Source of the DNA: Candidatus Kapaibacterium sp.
GTDB lineage: Bacteria > Bacteroidota > Ignavibacteria > Kapaibacteriales > UBA2268
DNA: 64,000 bases
Direction of reading: 5' to 3'
NCBI GenBank assembly: GCA_963665665.1
Contig: OY762428.1
Location: forward strand, 576,001-640,000
Shown: positions 61,175 through 64,000 of the stretch, in pieces
Position numbering within the stretch: the first letter of the stretch is position 1
Layout: each line of letters begins with the position of its first letter
Translations under genes and position numbers: made by a program
The notes under the pieces: generated by a model
Seen by the model: the letters and a program-made list of their open reading frames with translations, nothing else
Told to the model about the DNA's origin: nothing
The model's database searches: none

Positions 61175-64000
61175 TTACTCCACAACCACCTTATCATAAT
61201 AAACGCCGGTGGCGGTTTTCAGGATGAGGAAGTAGAGGCCGGAGGGCAATTCCTGAATGTTTATTTTAATTTTGTCTTTGCTGTTAATGGGAAGTTCGCG
61301 GAGGAGCTTGCCCTGTGAATCATATATTTCAAGGCTCTGCGGGTTGGAAATGTCGCCGCTGAGATTGATTTCGATTTGGCCGGTTGCAGGGTTGGGACAG
61401 GCTGTGATGCCGGGGATGGCGAATGTGGATATGGCGCGAAGGTCGCCAATGCAGATCTCTTCGACTTTCAGCAGGCCGTTTTCGGTGGAATTGTCGATAT
61501 AGGGGCTGTCCCACTCGAAGCTGTTTATCTTTAAATCGCATTCGCGTATGTCGGACAGCAGCAGGCCGCCGGAAAGTTCCGCTATTGCCTGCTCGCCTTT
61601 GCTAAGGCTGATATTTTCTCCCGATATACTTAAAATTCGCTCTCTGCCGGATTTTTCATTGCTGAGAATGGTTGCGTTGTCAATGCCGGTAAGGTCGTAC
61701 AGATAAGCGTCAAGGCTGATCTCGGCGGTGTAGGACAATCCGCTTATATCCTCGGTGGAATTCAGGCTTACCATTAACGGGATGCGGAAATCAGGATCGC
61801 CTATAGTTCCTATTGTTTCGGGGAAGAAAATCAGGTTTTCATGTTTTACTATACCGGATATATCAATAGTATCCCGATATTCGCAGAATGGGCCGGCAAA
61901 CTTCAGGTATATTTTATCATCATAATCTCCTGCAATGCCTGAGAATAAAGATACAGTCAGCATTTCAGAATTACCTGTGTTAATTTTCCTTCCTGTCAGG
62001 TCGGGAGCAATAGAAAATTCGGCTGCATTTTCAAGGCTGATTTCTTCTATTGTAAAATCATATTCGCCGGTATTCTTTATTTCGATTTGCTCTGTTGCGT
62101 TTTCGCTGATCCTCGCCAAAACCGAGACTGATTCGGGAATTTCGTAAAGGATTGTGTATCTTTCGCCTTGCAGTTCTGTAGTGAATTCTTCCTCAACCAT
62201 ATCGATCAATATTATATTTCGAGCCTGTGCTGTTTTTGGGCCGTTTGTGGATGATTCGGGAGTGAAAACGACTTTCTCAATTATTGATTCTCCCGGTAGA
62301 ATCTCCAAATTTTCATAACTATCTTCGAATGAAAACAGCTCTTTATCAGTGCCTTGAATTTCACTGGAAAGTAGTGATATTGGTAGGCTGCCTGTGTTTT
62401 TAATCTCAATATCCATCGTTTTTGACTGGCAGAATTCCGTTTCATTATAATTGCAAATGGGAGTTACTTCAACCGAGGATTTTATGCCGGTAGCATCAAT
62501 TTTGAAAGCTACGGTATCAGGGCAGGGACCTTGAATAATGATCTGAGGCCATGCTGAATAATCAATTGCATCAGCCAGATTGATTTTCGCATCTATTTCG
62601 TATTCCTCGCTTGTCGGGATGATGAATGATTGCGGCTGAATTTCCAGCCAGTCATGGTTTTCAATTATTTCTGATATAACCAGGTCGAAACCGTTGTGGT
62701 TGGTGAGTACGCATTTCAAAGTAGAATCGCGGTTTATTCCCACATTGCCGAAGGAAATATTTTCAGAAGTCAGGTTTACGGATTCTGTCTCGCCGCGAAG
62801 CCTGACAGTTCGGAATTCCTCCTCCGGGTGGTCGGTTTTGATCCTCAGTTCGCCAGTTTTCAGGCCGTCGGGAGCTTGCGGAGTAAAGCGTATCAGGTAG
62901 AACGCGGTGTCGAGAAAATTAAGGACAGTCCCCATTGGCGTTGCCGAAACAATTTCAAAATCATCTTTATTATTAAGGTATCCTTCGTCAAGGAGTTCAA
63001 TCGGGGCGGCGCCGCAGTTCACAAGCCTGACAGTATCGAGCGGAGTTTCGCAGGAAGCCACGAATCCGTAATCAATATCGTTGGCTTTTAGCTCGTAGCG
63101 AAGTGTTATAGTATGCAGTTTCACAAAGCCGTCGATCGGACAGGCCTCGCCAATCTTTTGGGTTTCAACAGAAAGCGTATCAAAATACTCAGCCTCGGCT
63201 GTGCCCTGAACTGTCATTGTAACAATCATGCTGTCGCCGGGAATGAGGACTGCCGGTATAGCCGGGGCTGTTTCGGTGATCCTGAATGGCAGATCGAAAT
63301 CATTTAAATCACTAATGTACAAATCTGAGGTTCCGGTATTTTGGATAGTGAATGTCTTTTCTGGCCTTTTTCCGAACTTCACATACCCGAAGTCAATATG
63401 ATTGCTGATCTCCATTCCAGGCTCAACGACGAGAGCTTTTATCAGCAGGGAGTCCATTATCGCATCGTCTTCATTGCAGTAGATGTACATCATTGTTTCA
63501 ATCGGCCCGGTTTTGTCCGGGCCAATATGTATTCTCACACCAAGTGTATCATTCCAGAAAAGCGAGTCCCCACGCATGTATTCGCCGGAAAAATGCTCAA
63601 TATCCGTGAAAACCGGCGGTTTTAGTTGCAGGCCGAAATCCGAGAAATTCTTAACTGCCGCAAAGCCTGTTTTAGTATCGCCAAGGCAAATTTTTCCCAG
63701 ATCAAGGGTATCAAACTGCTCTTCAATGTTTTGGTCGTAAATCTCAAAATTAATCCTCTCAACGGTAAATTTCGCAAGGAATGCAGACTGCTTGGATACC
63801 TGGTAATCTGTATTTACAGAATCCCATACATCTGGTAAAAAGTCTTTCGCCCGGCCGCCAACTAATATTGTATTTGGCGGTTCAAATTTTATTGTAAATA
63901 GAGAAATCGGTACGTCGTAAGTCCATAATATTTTTCCATAAGGATCAATTTTATATACACCTTTCCTTGTTGCAATAAAAGCATTGCCATATTGATCAAC
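61175..64000 (-). CDS. Large T9SS protein with multiple choice-of-anchor D Ig-like domains; 5' end lies beyond the window
   Basis: The frame is open from 64000 (no stop upstream of the track's 63577 ATG); IxNTG repeats; CPNPA...IYDSQGK...SGLYF. Confidence 0.9.
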   Translation of the reverse strand, partial: VDQYGNAFIATRKGVYKIDPYGKILWTYDVPISLFTIKFEPPNTILVGGRAKDFLPDVWDSVNTDYQVSKQSAFLAKFTVERINFEIYDQNIEEQFDTLDLGKICLGDTKTGFAAVKNFSDFGLQLKPPVFTDIEHFSGEYMRGDSLFWNDTLGVRIHIGPDKTGPIETMMYIYCNEDDAIMDSLLIKALVVEPGMEISNHIDFGYVKFGKRPEKTFTIQNTGTSDLYISDLNDFDLPFRITETAPAIPAVLIPGDSMIVTMTVQGTAEAEYFDTLSVETQKIGEACPIDGFVKLHTITLRYELKANDIDYGFVASCETPLDTVRLVNCGAAPIELLDEGYLNNKDDFEIVSATPMGTVLNFLDTAFYLIRFTPQAPDGLKTGELRIKTDHPEEEFRTVRLRGETESVNLTSENISFGNVGINRDSTLKCVLTNHNGFDLVISEIIENHDWLEIQPQSFIIPTSEEYEIDAKINLADAIDYSAWPQIIIQGPCPDTVAFKIDATGIKSSVEVTPICNYNETEFCQSKTMDIEIKNTGSLPISLLSSEIQGTDKELFSFEDSYENLEILPGESIIEKVVFTPESSTNGPKTAQARNIILIDMVEEEFTTELQGERYTILYEIPESVSVLARISENATEQIEIKNTGEYDFTIEEISLENAAEFSIAPDLTGRKINTGNSEMLTVSLFSGIAGDYDDKIYLKFAGPFCEYRDTIDISGIVKHENLIFFPETIGTIGDPDFRIPLMVSLNSTEDISGLSYTAEISLDAYLYDLTGIDNATILSNEKSGRERILSISGENISLSKGEQAIAELSGGLLLSDIRECDLKINSFEWDSPYIDNSTENGLLKVEEICIGDLRAISTFAIPGITACPNPATGQIEINLSGDISNPQSLEIYDSQGKLLRELPINSKDKIKINIQELPSGLYFLILKTATGVYYDKVVVE

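Overview
A low-GC bacterial chromosome segment. Several proteins carry T9SS C-terminal sorting domains and the promoters are canonical -35/-10, which points to the Bacteroidota-Chlorobiota-Ignavibacteriota group, possibly Ca. Kapabacteria (inference). The region 1-48.4 kb is mostly housekeeping and envelope genes (ftsY, pgsA-like, nadD, queG, FKBP, degP, PspC, OmpA, S9 and S41 peptidases). It has three unusual inserts: (i) a two-module NRPS (C-A-T-C-A-T-reductase) fused to a C-terminal cyclic-nucleotide-binding domain, next to an Sfp-type PPTase; (ii) three tandem ~220-bp units at 42.35-42.98 kb, each with its own sigma70 promoter, an identical structured RNA core and its own terminator, the best candidate for an undescribed ncRNA system; (iii) an unannotated 35-aa membrane peptide behind a palindromic operator. 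The region 48.5-61.1 kb is an accessory island bracketed by a ~240-bp composite palindromic direct repeat. It holds two back-to-back arrays of one 21-nt repeat family, a tyrosine integrase, two orphan Rhs-CT (HExxxH) toxin/immunity-like cassettes, three copies of one signal-peptide segment, a DUF559 pseudogene, a YCF48/BNR T9SS protein and an IS21-like end. No rRNA, tRNA or CRISPR array was recognised. All calls come from reading motifs by eye; no searches were run.
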